Shown one piece after another: positions 1 to 10,268 of a DNA stretch of 64,000 bases (position 1 is its first letter; every line of letters starts with the position of its first letter). The notes under the pieces are model-generated. The model was not told the origin of the DNA. It saw only the letters and a program-made list of their open reading frames with translations, and did not search any database. Source of the stretch: Candidatus Latescibacterota bacterium (lineage in GTDB: Bacteria > Latescibacterota > UBA2968 > GCA-2709665); assembly GCA_965237675.1 (NCBI GenBank), contig OZ250150.1, positions 1,952,001 through 2,016,000 of the forward strand, read 5' to 3'. The translations under genes were made by a program, and so were the position numbers.

Positions 1-1419
1 AATATTTCGGAAGATCAAGCGCGCCTGTTCCAGATTGTCCATGTCCAAAGCCAGGCGGCCAAGGGATGCAAGGCTATCTACTCTTGCCGGCTGTAGAGCT
101 GATCTTTTCGTCAGATTCCCTTGGGGACCGGAGGTACCGTATATCTGCTCTCCACTGTGCCAGAAACAGGCGAGGGCCGGCGTGCCGGGCAACCTTTCGT
201 GTTTGTAGAGATAATCGCTTAGAAATGGGTAATCAGAGTTTTCCGGGCAGGAGAACAGCACGCCAAGGATTGCTATCCTGCCTTTCCGTGCGTTCCCGGA
301 AGGTGTATCTGCGACGATTCTTTGAACCGCCCATTGATGTAGTTCCCCAAGGTCCGAAAGATCCCTGTTGTCTTGGACTCGCTGAAATTCCTGTATCAAG
401 CCCAACATCCCAATCATGTGCTCTTGACATATGACGGTTTCAATCATGTGTTTCTTTGAGTCGATCCAAAATTCACAGGCTTCGATATATCTTGCGCAGC
501 TTTTCCTGGAAAGTCCGTATTTCGGGGCTTTATTGTAGAGGCGTCTAAATGCACTTCTGGCATTCTTGAACTTTTTAACCGCGTTCTTTTCGTTTCCTCT
601 GTGTAACGCATTCCTGGCACGTATATAGAGGTCAAGACCGGTACCGATCAAGCCCAACACGATTTTTGAAGAATCCGTTTCCCGCACAGCTACGGTAGGA
701 AGTGCCTTCGAAATGGACTCCCTATCTCGTCTTTCGCTTTTGGACTTGCGTACTTCCGCTTTCGGCTGAATAATCTTTCCAGTGCCTACGTGAACACGGA
801 TCGATTTCGATCCATCGTCAATACCGCATGAAACAGCCATTCCATCAGCTGACCAGATTACCGGCCCCTTTAATTTTCCGGCAAACAGAAATCTGATGCC
901 GCCCGCTTTATCCGAGACCCAAAGGCCATTGTTGATTTTCTCGAAAAAGCTTCCCCTGTACCCTGTGATCGCCAATGTGCCTCCATCCGGAGATAGCGCT
1001 ATTTCGTTCGGCTGAAAATCCTCTGGAAGCGGCCACAAATCTTCATTCGTGCCGTCCAGGCTCAACTTCCAAATCCGGTTGTTGGTAATCGGCAGAGACT
1101 GTCCGCCATAGTAATACGATGCCCAGGCTTTATGTTGTAAGCTTCGCTCCAGGTATATCAAAACTTCCCCAGCCGGGTCGAAAAAGAGATCCCCGAGTTC
1201 TCCAGGATAGGTCTTGATCCTCCTGCGTCTGTTGTCCTCCTTGGAGACAACCCAAATTTCAGTTATCGAAATCGCACCCTCGCCACGTTGGAGGCCATAA
1301 GCCAGATCCCCGGCCTCCGACCTTACAGTGAGATACTCACCGTCAGCCGCATCGAGAAGGCGTGGCGTTGCCAGAGTACAGAATGCATACACGAGTAGAC
1401 TCTTAATAATCCACTGCAT
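1..1419 (-). CDS. Secreted hypothetical protein, TolB/beta-propeller-like N-terminal half and helical C-terminal half (runs off window end)
   Basis: Not in the ORF track. Hand translation: GGAGGT RBS, ATG at 1419, MQWIIKSLLVYAFCTLATPRLLDA signal-like N-terminus, 473 codons without a stop to position 1. Motifs IWKLSLDG, IALSPDGGTLA, VIWSADG. Confidence 0.8.
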   Translation of the reverse strand, partial: MQWIIKSLLVYAFCTLATPRLLDAADGEYLTVRSEAGDLAYGLQRGEGAISITEIWVVSKEDNRRRRIKTYPGELGDLFFDPAGEVLIYLERSLQHKAWASYYYGGQSLPITNNRIWKLSLDGTNEDLWPLPEDFQPNEIALSPDGGTLAITGYRGSFFEKINNGLWVSDKAGGIRFLFAGKLKGPVIWSADGMAVSCGIDDGSKSIRVHVGTGKIIQPKAEVRKSKSERRDRESISKALPTVAVRETDSSKIVLGLIGTGLDLYIRARNALHRGNEKNAVKKFKNARSAFRRLYNKAPKYGLSRKSCARYIEACEFWIDSKKHMIETVICQEHMIGMLGLIQEFQRVQDNRDLSDLGELHQWAVQRIVADTPSGNARKGRIAILGVLFSCPENSDYPFLSDYLYKHERLPGTPALACFWHSGEQIYGTSGPQGNLTKRSALQPARVDSLASLGRLALDMDNLEQARLIFRNI

Positions 1420-1655
1420 GATGTTTACCTCCTGGCATTCAACGACACAATAAGGAACGACGAAGCGCGTGAGCCGTCTTTTGCATCGGTAGATATCGGA
1501 CCTGTGGCGACATCAGTGGTGAGTCCGCAAATCCTGCCCAGCCAATACAAAATTAACCGGGCCATCTGACATAACTAAGAGAAATTTATACATAAAGTCA
1601 GGGAATTCAATAAATCATGTCAACGCGCTGTGTCAGTTTCGTGCGATACACGACG

Positions 1656-1862
1656 TGCCAATATGAAGTGAGACACCTCACACTCCGAGTCTAATGTAGG
1701 TTATTGGGCGGAGAGGACAGCGTGAGACGAGGTCAAGAACCCATATGGTAGACAACGGCAGAGAGCGGTCTTTGGTTTTGGAGGTCCCACGCGGGATCTC
1801 CAGGACGACGAGGCCGGACCCGGAAGTACCGGAGCGTGGGAAGCGTCGTCGGTTTACGGCTC
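1656..1862 (+). mobile_element. IS3-family remnant: left end plus first codons of OrfA
   Basis: TGCCAATATGAAGTGAGACACC end-like sequence, then an ORF from 1745 containing PDPEVPERGKRRRFTA, typical of one group of IS3 OrfA N-termini. Similarity stops near 1862. Confidence 0.65.
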
Positions 1863-1905
1863 ATGTATCTGGCTGCTCGAAATGGGGTCGAGGAATAATC
1901 CGGCT

Positions 1906-3594
1906 TCAACCCTGGGGCAGTTCCACGCTTCTCCCGCCTTCCAGGTCCAATGTCACGGCGCGGAACGGAAAGCCATATCGCTCCACCGTCTCTCCGCGCG
2001 TGGTCTCTTCGCCGTCCGGATCCAGGAGCAGCACCGTCGCGCCCTTCAACACCGCTTCCGCAGAGACCTGGTACGCGCCGGTTTCCTGCAATTCAAACCG
2101 CACCGTGCGCCGAGCCCGTTCCCAGGCGTCGATTTGTGCCGCCGTCCACCACGGCATGCCCTTATCTCTCGTGTACCCCACAATTTCCCGGAGCCCGCCG
2201 CGAACGGCCGGTTCCCAGACGTGGGCGGGGTGAAAGAGGAAATGGGCGATCCCATGGTGCTTGAACGCCCGGTCCGCGAAACAATGCGCCAGGCGGGTCG
2301 AGCACCGCTTGTGAATGTCCTGCACGGTCAGGTTCACCTCCAGCACGTCAATGGGCGGGCCGCCGGGCGATGCATCCTCAATCGGAAACCATGGGTGGCA
2401 ACCCCCGAAGGGAAACCCGTTGGTATAGGGCGTATTCGGACCCCGGCTCTGCTCGACGGTGATGCCCGCCTCTTTGCACCATTGGAAGAACTCCAGCCGC
2501 CCCTGCCAGCGAAGCGTATGGTTCTTGTTGGTCGTTACGGGCCGCCCAGCGGCTTTCGTGACCGTTTCAAGCTGCGCGGCCAACTCCCGATATCCCCACT
2601 TTAATTGGGCGACGTCCGGCTTCTGATCGTCCGACGCCGTCTGATACGTCTGCGCGTCATAGTGCAGGGCCACCTCCGATCCGTAATCCTGGATCGCGCG
2701 GTAGAACGCCGGTTGATAGTGTCCCGCCATGATGCACCACGTCGTGCGTGCGTTCACCTCCTGTGTCAGGCGCAGCAACGACCATCCCAGCGCTTCGTCT
2801 CCCCCGTCCGAGTCGTGGGACATGTGCGCGATCGCGGGCAGATTATCCGGCCAGTACCACAGGACGGGAAGGGAGACGCCGCGCTCCCGGCAGGCGTACA
2901 GAACGGCCTTGACGATCAATGCCCGGAACTCATCCGCTATCGGCTCCAGAAAGACAAGGTTTTCCTCCTCGCCCGGTACGGGCGACCTGTCTCGGTCCAG
3001 GTCCAACGCGAGCCCCTTGATCACGTCGATCCGCGTGGGACCCGACGCGGGGGGTACCGGGTGCCCCTGCTGGATGTGCACTATGGTCCGGACCGCGTCC
3101 GGACCCACGGCGAGCGCCAGGCCCTCCCCGATCCGATTTTCCACCACCCCGTCACTGGCGCCCATCACGCGCGCGAGCGCCGTGCCATTCACGGCTTTGA
3201 TTCGCCGCCCGCCAAAACTGTGCAGACTGCTCTCGAACCCTGAGGTTACCGGGTGGTCCTTCGCCGCCACCTGCAAATACCCCTCCGCCATTTCGCCGCG
3301 ATCCACCGCGCCGAACACGTCGTCCAACCCCGACATCCCTCCCAGGCCGATTAACGCCCCGCCCGATTCGACGAATCCCGCCAGCAGCCTCCGCTCAGCC
3401 TCCGACAGTTGAAGATGCCAGGGAAGCAGGACCACGCGATATCCATCCAGGTCGACGAGCGGACGCGCCGCCTCGCTGTAAGGAACGCCCGCGTGGGCGA
3501 GTATTTCCCGGATATAAAATCCACCGTAATATCGCGATCCGTCCGACATTTTCTGCCCGGCCGGATCCGTCACCACGCAAAGCGGAAGGCGCAT
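1906..3594 (-). CDS. Hypothetical protein, beta-galactosidase-trimerisation-like N-domain plus polysaccharide deacetylase-like C-domain
   Basis: 562 aa with RBS. HMSHDSD, EVALHY, NHTLRW and FLFHP motifs resemble NodB-type barrels. Confidence 0.6.
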   Translation of the reverse strand: MRLPLCVVTDPAGQKMSDGSRYYGGFYIREILAHAGVPYSEAARPLVDLDGYRVVLLPWHLQLSEAERRLLAGFVESGGALIGLGGMSGLDDVFGAVDRGEMAEGYLQVAAKDHPVTSGFESSLHSFGGRRIKAVNGTALARVMGASDGVVENRIGEGLALAVGPDAVRTIVHIQQGHPVPPASGPTRIDVIKGLALDLDRDRSPVPGEEENLVFLEPIADEFRALIVKAVLYACRERGVSLPVLWYWPDNLPAIAHMSHDSDGGDEALGWSLLRLTQEVNARTTWCIMAGHYQPAFYRAIQDYGSEVALHYDAQTYQTASDDQKPDVAQLKWGYRELAAQLETVTKAAGRPVTTNKNHTLRWQGRLEFFQWCKEAGITVEQSRGPNTPYTNGFPFGGCHPWFPIEDASPGGPPIDVLEVNLTVQDIHKRCSTRLAHCFADRAFKHHGIAHFLFHPAHVWEPAVRGGLREIVGYTRDKGMPWWTAAQIDAWERARRTVRFELQETGAYQVSAEAVLKGATVLLLDPDGEETTRGETVERYGFPFRAVTLDLEGGRSVELPQG

Positions 3595-3720
3595 CGATAA
3601 TCTCCATCGTTTGAGAAGGGTTCGCCCGGACTGTTATTCGCCGCGATCCCTTTTGCCTGTGGAGCAGATCCGGAACGGGTTTCCACAGCCATCCACGGTT
3701 CCGTTTCGCTGAAACATCGT

Positions 3721-4734
3721 CTATGACTCCAACATGGCCTTCAACCGGCTCAGCTGCCCGTCGGCTCCCAGCACGATCAGCACGTCGCCCCGGTGAATCG
3801 TAACACCCGACAACCCCGCCGATGCGGCCGGATGGATCCTGGGCTTCCCGTCCTGCCCCTGGATGCCCACGACAATCGCTCCTGTCCGCTGCCCGATATC
3901 CGTCTCCTTCAACTGCTTGCCCACCAGCGGCGACGCCTCGCCCACATGGAACTCCTCCAGCCGCATTGCAGACTCCCCCGTGCCCACGACGATATCGAGA
4001 AAATCCACGATTGATGGCCGCAGAATCACCGACGCGATCCGTCTCCCCGCCAACTGGTAGGGCGACATCACCCGGTCCGCTCCCGCCGTCATCAGTTTGC
4101 CGATGCTCTGTTCCTCTGCGGCCCGCGCCACGATCGTCAGGTTCGGGTTCGCCTGGCGCGCAGAGAGGACCACGAATACATTCAACGCATCCTCCCGCAA
4201 TACCGCGATCAACCCTTTGGCCCTATCGATGCCCGCCTCGACCAGTACCTCGTCGTCTTCCGCGTGACCCTCCACGAAGAGAACCGTTTCGTCCCGGCCC
4301 AATTCCGAGTGCGCGGGATCCTTATCCACGATCACAAAAGGCATGCCCGCACGCTTCAGCTCCTGCGCCACCTCTTTGCCGACCACCCCGCCTCCACATA
4401 TGATATAATGATTCTTCAGTTTTGAAACGGAACGTGTCATTCTGCGCCCTCGCATCGCATGGAGAATCTGACCCTCGAAAACGAACCCGATTAACGTTGT
4501 CACCGAATATCCGACGGCTATCACACTGAACGTAAGAAGCAGGACGGTGAACCGCTGACCCGTCGGCGACAACGGATGTACCTCGCCATAGCCGACGGTC
4601 GATATGGTAATCACGGTCATGTACAGGCTTTCCCATATTGTCCATTTTTCAATCCAGGCATAACCCGCCGTGCCGCCCAGCACCAGCAGAACCGGAAGCA
4701 TGAAGGCGAATGCAAAACGAACAAACGGCGACAT
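3721..4734 (-). CDS. Potassium channel with TrkA-N/TrkA-C (RCK) domains, MthK-like
   Basis: Selectivity filter TISTVGYG, two TM helices, HYIICGGGVVG Rossmann motif. Start moved to ATG 4734 after a GGAGA RBS. Confidence 0.9.
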   Translation of the reverse strand: MSPFVRFAFAFMLPVLLVLGGTAGYAWIEKWTIWESLYMTVITISTVGYGEVHPLSPTGQRFTVLLLTFSVIAVGYSVTTLIGFVFEGQILHAMRGRRMTRSVSKLKNHYIICGGGVVGKEVAQELKRAGMPFVIVDKDPAHSELGRDETVLFVEGHAEDDEVLVEAGIDRAKGLIAVLREDALNVFVVLSARQANPNLTIVARAAEEQSIGKLMTAGADRVMSPYQLAGRRIASVILRPSIVDFLDIVVGTGESAMRLEEFHVGEASPLVGKQLKETDIGQRTGAIVVGIQGQDGKPRIHPAASAGLSGVTIHRGDVLIVLGADGQLSRLKAMLES

Positions 4735-4896
4735 GCCATTTCTCCAGAAAATAAACCGCCACCCGGGAGCCGTCGGCGGCAAACCCAAAGGAGGGCCGCG
4801 CATTGGGACAGGCACACCGGGTGGTGGGTGTTCGAGGCGGGCGCGGCCATCTTACAGAGACGAAGGCCCGCAAACATCATACGGTACCGTATTCTC

Positions 4897-5955
4897 TCAC
4901 GTACCCGCTTCGGCATTTACAACCAGGGCCGGATCATTCAGTCCGTAGGCGTTATTCCGGATTCGGGTCCTGCCATCGGACCGTACCGACAATTCGTCCG
5001 GTTGCTGGTAAAGCCAGTTGTGGTGGATATCAACGCCCTCTTCGGGTACGCCCCGCACCACAACAGCGGTTTTGGGGCAGCGGAACGTATTGTGATGCAC
5101 CTTCATCCACGTACCGGCAACGTCGGTTCCGTCTTTCCGGTCCCTGCCACCGTGCATGTCGAAACAATGGCTCAGCGACTCACCGATTTCCACGTTGTGC
5201 CGCGCTTCATAGCCGCTGCCCGCTCTCCCGGTTCCCGCCAGCGAGTGCCGGTTGTAGTCGAACCGGTTGAATTCGATCAGCGAGAATGCCTCGTCGTGAC
5301 TCACCCCGTATCCCAACCCGTTGTACTGATTGTGATGGATGAAATTGTGGTGAATATGATGGCCGTCTTTTGCCTGTAGATTAATCGCCGCGTGGCTCCA
5401 GCCCCCCAGTTCGCAATTGTCCACCTCCAGGCCCGCGTATTGCGTGACAACCCCATCGGACGTCGGGAATTTATAGTAGTACTCGTGTCCCCTACCCTCG
5501 CGAAACGAACGGTTGTGGTGCTCCAGGCACCGCTTGGGATTGGGGCCCTTTATACGCAATCCCGTAACCCGGACGTCCGGCCCGGTCGCCCGGATCAGGG
5601 GTTTTGTATCGAACGTATCGCACAAAATCATCCCACCCGCGGAGCCGTCCGTACCCCGGTTGCCGGCCAGGGTGACCCCCTCGGGAATCTCCAGCACGAT
5701 AGATTCGATATACACCCGTTCGGTGCAGTCGATTTCCGCCTCGCCATCCACCCATACCACGTCCCCAGGTTTGGCCTGCGCCAACGCATCCAGCAGTTCG
5801 TCCAGCGTGGAAACCGCGTCCGCGGGTGGCGATACCGCACACTTATATCCCTCGCCCCCGCCGATGGGTCCTCGTTCGTCGGCCCGTGCGCCGCATGCTT
5901 CCCCTGAGATTTCGATCCAGGTCTGTCCCAACGTCTCCATTTCGCTACCAAACAT
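4897..5955 (-). CDS. Right-handed parallel beta-helix (pectin lyase-like fold) protein
   Basis: Repeated strands such as HIHHNFIHHN, LIEFNRF, VHHNTF, IHHNW; N-terminal AKPGDVVWV. Confidence 0.7.
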   Translation of the reverse strand: MFGSEMETLGQTWIEISGEACGARADERGPIGGGEGYKCAVSPPADAVSTLDELLDALAQAKPGDVVWVDGEAEIDCTERVYIESIVLEIPEGVTLAGNRGTDGSAGGMILCDTFDTKPLIRATGPDVRVTGLRIKGPNPKRCLEHHNRSFREGRGHEYYYKFPTSDGVVTQYAGLEVDNCELGGWSHAAINLQAKDGHHIHHNFIHHNQYNGLGYGVSHDEAFSLIEFNRFDYNRHSLAGTGRAGSGYEARHNVEIGESLSHCFDMHGGRDRKDGTDVAGTWMKVHHNTFRCPKTAVVVRGVPEEGVDIHHNWLYQQPDELSVRSDGRTRIRNNAYGLNDPALVVNAEAGT

Positions 5956-5978
5956 CGCCTGCCTCCTTTTCAGCGGAC

Positions 5979-6941
5979 TTACGCGTTCACGGAAACCACG
6001 TACCCCTTTTTATTATCCACAACATTCAACAGCGGCGCCCCGTCCCGAAACCGCCGTACGTTTTCCAGGATCAGATCGATCCGGCGATCCTCGATCCGAT
6101 CCGATTCCGCACCGACGTGCGGCGTAATCATCACATTCTCCATTTCCCACAGCGGGTGCCCCTCCGGCAGCGGCTCCTCTTCAAAGACATCCAGCCCGGC
6201 TCCGGCCAGTTCGCCCTTCTGGAGCGCCCGCGTCAGCGCCGCGAGGTCCACCACCTTTCCCCTCCCGATATTGATGAATATCGCAGTCGGCTTCATCGCC
6301 TTCATCGCCGCGGCGTCGATCATCCTATCGGTCTGAGCGGTATGCGGGACACAGATGACAAAGAAGTCAGCCTGTCCCAGCATCGCGTGCAGTCCATCCG
6401 CACCGTAAACCCGCTCCACGTACTCCGGGCGTCCCTTTGGCGCGGGATCCAGCGCCAGCACACGCATTCCGAACGCATGACCGCGTTCCGCAATCGCCAG
6501 CCCGATGCCGCCCAGACCCAGCACGCCCAGCGTGGTACCCGCCACGTGGATCACCGGCGCGGCTTTTTTCTCCCACCGCCCTTCCAGTTGACTGCGGAAA
6601 TACACCGGAATGCCCCTGGCCAGGGAAAGCAGCAGCGCAAACACGTGCTCGGCAATGACGTCGCTGTAGATCCCCCGAAGATTGGTTACGGCGACCTCAC
6701 TCTCCCGCAACTCAGGAAAAAAATAACCGTCCAGCCCGGCGCTCGTCGCCTGCACCCAACGCAGCCTCTTTCCCGCAGCCAGCAGCGCCGGCGTCAAGCG
6801 CCCGTAAAACGCGTCCGCGTCCACAATCAGATCCAGCGCCGCCGCCTCGGACTCCGCTTCGCGCGCCTCCACGCCCAGGTCCCTGACCCGCGCCATCCAA
6901 TCCGGCTTGAACGCCGGCCAGAATACCATTTTCACAGCCAT
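5979..6941 (-). CDS. D-isomer-specific 2-hydroxyacid dehydrogenase
   Basis: GLGGIG, FINIGRG, AGLDVFEEEPL, ITPHVG. Start at ATG 6941 after GGAGGAG. Confidence 0.92.
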   Translation of the reverse strand: MAVKMVFWPAFKPDWMARVRDLGVEAREAESEAAALDLIVDADAFYGRLTPALLAAGKRLRWVQATSAGLDGYFFPELRESEVAVTNLRGIYSDVIAEHVFALLLSLARGIPVYFRSQLEGRWEKKAAPVIHVAGTTLGVLGLGGIGLAIAERGHAFGMRVLALDPAPKGRPEYVERVYGADGLHAMLGQADFFVICVPHTAQTDRMIDAAAMKAMKPTAIFINIGRGKVVDLAALTRALQKGELAGAGLDVFEEEPLPEGHPLWEMENVMITPHVGAESDRIEDRRIDLILENVRRFRDGAPLLNVVDNKKGYVVSVNA

Positions 6942-6942
6942 C

Positions 6943-7815
6943 TCAAAGCTCCTCCACGGGGATGAACTCACCCCTGTCGTCAATCCTGATGGTTCCCCAG
7001 AATTGCTCAGGATCGTGCGGCCATACCAACAGCCAAGCCTCCTCGGCCGCCCGTTTCAACACCTGTTGCCTCACCTTGAACGTCTTTCTGGGATACAGGT
7101 CGAACGCCATAATGGTGACCGCGTGCACGTGATGTCTGGTGGGCACCAGGTCCCCAACGAAACAGACCGTCTTGCCGCCCGACCGCACCAGGACGGATTG
7201 ATGCGCCCTCGTGTGTCCGGGCGTCAGGATCGTGTGCACGCCGGGGCAGACTTCCACGTCGCCGTCGACAAACGAGAGCACGCCGGCGCGCTCCAGTGGC
7301 AGCAGGTCCGAAGCGGTGTTATAGCCCCGAACCGTCTGCCGGTCGGCGCGCAGGGCATCTTCCCACTCCTGGCGCTGCACCGTGTAAAGGGCGTTTTGAA
7401 ACGCCGGTTCATATCCGTCTTCCGTCTTAACCGTCGTCCCGCCTGCGTGGTCCATGTGCAGGTGGGTGAGTACCACCCGGTCCACCTCGTCCGGCGCCAC
7501 GCCCGCTTCAGCCAGCGCGTCGACCACGCCCCAGGATGGGTCCGCCCCGTATATGTCCCTGTATTTCCCGGGCAGCTTCCCCGCGCCGATGCCGGTTTCC
7601 ACCAGCACCGTCTCCGTTCGCGTTTCTACCAGCAGGCAGTTCAGCCCCATCCGAATCCGGTTCCGCTCGTCGGGCGGTATTTTCTTTTCCCAGATCGACC
7701 GGGGGACCACGCCGAACATTGTGCCCCCGTCGAGCATGAACCGCCCGGCGTCCAGCGCCGTGACGCGAATTTCCCCGATGTTCCGTGAATCACCCTTACG
7801 ATTGGAATTTCGCAC
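6943..7815 (-). CDS. MBL-fold metallo-hydrolase (YtnP-like)
   Basis: LDGGTMFGVVP, THLHMDHAGG, PGHT, GDL, HDP. Confidence 0.9.
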   Translation of the reverse strand: MRNSNRKGDSRNIGEIRVTALDAGRFMLDGGTMFGVVPRSIWEKKIPPDERNRIRMGLNCLLVETRTETVLVETGIGAGKLPGKYRDIYGADPSWGVVDALAEAGVAPDEVDRVVLTHLHMDHAGGTTVKTEDGYEPAFQNALYTVQRQEWEDALRADRQTVRGYNTASDLLPLERAGVLSFVDGDVEVCPGVHTILTPGHTRAHQSVLVRSGGKTVCFVGDLVPTRHHVHAVTIMAFDLYPRKTFKVRQQVLKRAAEEAWLLVWPHDPEQFWGTIRIDDRGEFIPVEEL

Positions 7816-8729
7816 CCGATTCCGACTGTGAATAGACTGCGTTGCGTGTTGCCGTCCCTCCCCGACCCGGGCACGCGTGTTCGACGGCTTCCAAGATGCA
7901 CGTGTTGTCTGAGCAATGTCAAGGGCAAAAGAGCGCTGGTATCCAGATCCGGCGCTGCAAACTACCTGTACGGATCACCCGACGATTCGGTGGAGATCGA
8001 CTCTACGAACACGTTTCATCACTCCATTGAAGTTCCCTCGAAACATAAGAAACCTGCGAGATCATAGCGCGGGTTGGTGATGGGCGAAGCCCCGTTTCCG
8101 GTACGGAGACGGATTCCTAACCGTCTCTGCCAAAGTTCGCTGAACATTGATCCGCATTTCGTATGGCGGGATCCGCTCAGAAGGTGCTCGTCTTCGATGC
8201 CCTTCTACATCTGATGAATGTGCATCGCGACCTTCGGGGACTATTCCGAAACCTGCGCGCCTTCAGCGCATAGACGGACAGCATCAAGTGGACATCACAT
8301 TCAGCTGAATCGCCGTTAGGTCACGCGTTAGGACAGCGGCCGCGCAGTCGACTGCCCGAAGTGATGCAAAATACAACATACGTCGCAAATTACATCATCC
8401 TTCAACTTCCGTCAGCAAACGCCTGCATAAGTACATTAATTAACATATATTTGTGATTTTTATTCGCCCGGTGTCAATCTCCGGTAGCGTTCATGTGTCG
8501 TATTTTTGGAAGATCTTCTGGAATTCCTCACGCGTCTCAAATTGTCTTTAAATCCCTGTTCAGTAAGGAGTTGAACGAAGTTTTCCAGACTAGGCACGAA
8601 TTTTTCACATATCAATTCTGTCGAACCCCCCGTGACTTTGCAAGAGTCTCTGGACTTTATCACCGAACGTAGCGTGGTTAAGGTCCCTTTTTATAGATCG
8701 TTAATTTGACTTCAACTTGAAAACGCAAG

Positions 8730-10260
8730 ATGCCGGCTGAAGGATCAAGTAATATGGTATCTGGAGAACCGGTTATATCGTTCAGGGGACGTTCGAAAGA
8801 AGGTGAGTCTTTCGAAAACACTGAGGCGCAGGAAGTATTTTCAACGTCGGGGATCGGTTTTCGGTTCGTGCGTTATTTCCTGCTCGCCATTCTGTGCGTT
8901 GTGGGATGCATGGTCGGGGTCATTGGTTTGCTGGGGTGGCATTTGGGGATGGATGTCACGGTTAACGGGCATGGTCACGTCCAGCCAATCAAGCGCAATG
9001 TCGTCAAATCTGGAAGGCCTGGATTGATCAAGAAGGTTCTTGTACAGCAAGGCCAAGACGTCCAACAGGGTGATCTGCTGGTGGCGCTGGATGATACCGA
9101 TCTGCGTAATGTATTGGAGCAAAATGAAAATGAAATGAAATTAAACGAGATTCGGCGCATGGCTTTGCCGGCGGAATTGCAACGCGAGCGTGCTGTACTG
9201 GAAACAGAGATTGCGCAGGCGGAAGTTGATTACGAGACCGAGAAGATACACATGGAAAAGATCCGGAAGGAATTCGAAATCTACCACGAAATCCTACCCT
9301 ATCATGTGGACGGAGACTTTAAGCATCCGGTTGAAAAGTTAACTTTGATTCGTCAGTTTTCGGGGACGTTAATTTGAATAAGTGCGAGTTAATAAAGGCG
9401 ATTAGACTGCGGATTACCAGGATACACCAGGTCACTGGACGTGAACGGAAAAATGTCCTTCCGGACGACCTCAATACCCCGTTTTGCACCGGTACTTTCT
9501 GTGCCTTTTGTGCTTTTTGTGGCCAATTTGACTGTTGTCTTTTTTCGAATTGAGGTTAATCCCCATTCGGGTACATAAGACAAGGTTACGGCGTGCAGAA
9601 GTGGAAATCGAGCACTCAAAGCGTCGATTGGCTGCATTGGAAAATCGCAAAGAAGAATTGCATACACTAAAGCAACAGTACCAAAATCTGCAGATCAAAC
9701 GTCGCCTTGTCAAAACCCATCTCAAACACATGAAGATCTATGCATCCGTTTCAGGGACAGTGCTGACGCGTGATTTGGATAAACGCGTAGGAGACCGCAT
9801 TGCGGCTGGGGAAGCAATACTGGAACTGGCGGAGTTAAGCGGTTGGCAAGCTAAGGTGCTGATTCAGGAAGTGGATATTCCAAAGGTGAAAGTGGGACAG
9901 ATGGTGAGGTTATATGTAAACGCATTTCCACACATGGAATACAAGATATTTGAGGGGGTTGTTTCCGATGTGCCAGGAAAACCCGAATCCCTAACGCCGG
10001 TTGGTGCGGGAATTGCGCCGCCTGGCATTGCTGCAGCGGTCTATCCCGTAAAGGTACAGGTCAACGATCCGAACATAACGGTTGGGAACAAAGTGTATTC
10101 GCTGAAATATGGCATGGGCGTAGAGGCCAAAATCGTAACCGAGCGCGGTCCGATTGTAGAGTTGCTTTGGAAAAAGTTTCTGAAATCCGTGGGCAGATTT
10201 GAACGTCCTGAGATCTATCGCCTGGGCGAGCACACCGAAAGCGTACAGGCCCCGAACTGA
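8730..10260 (+). pseudogene. HlyD-family membrane fusion protein interrupted by a 213-bp insertion (fragments 8730-9377 and 9535-10260)
   Basis: First fragment: TM, lipoyl half-motif (VLVQQGQDVQQGDLL) and coiled coil. Second fragment: second half-motif (IYASVSGTV) and beta-barrel (DIPKVKVGQ). Removing 217 bp gives one 437-aa frame. Confidence 0.88.
9343..9555. mobile_element. 213-bp non-autonomous MITE-like insertion with TTAA target duplication
   Basis: TTAA at 9339-9342 and 9556-9559. Ends CTTTGATTCG / CGAATTGAGG form a 7/10 inverted repeat. Internal 3x9-mer at 9495-9521. Confidence 0.8.
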
Positions 10261-10268
10261 GCGAATCG

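Noticed and set aside
66-635. Track ORFs 66-434, 233-430, 444-635
   Set aside because: Shadows of the 473-codon minus-strand frame 1-1419.
1629-1677. Possible abutted IS right-end/left-end (circle junction)
   Set aside because: The match of TGTGTCAGTTTCGTGCGATACA to the left end is too weak to call.
7816-8400. Possible decayed gene upstream of the export operon
   Set aside because: Short stop-riddled frames with no recognisable motif.
8591-8607. sigma54-like promoter TAGGCACGAATTTTTCA before hlyD
   Set aside because: The -24 GG is present but the invariant -12 GC is replaced by TC.
9343-9555. Self-splicing intron or programmed frameshift in hlyD
   Set aside because: Too short, no group I/II hallmarks, contains stops. 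Target duplication and IRs fit a DNA insertion.
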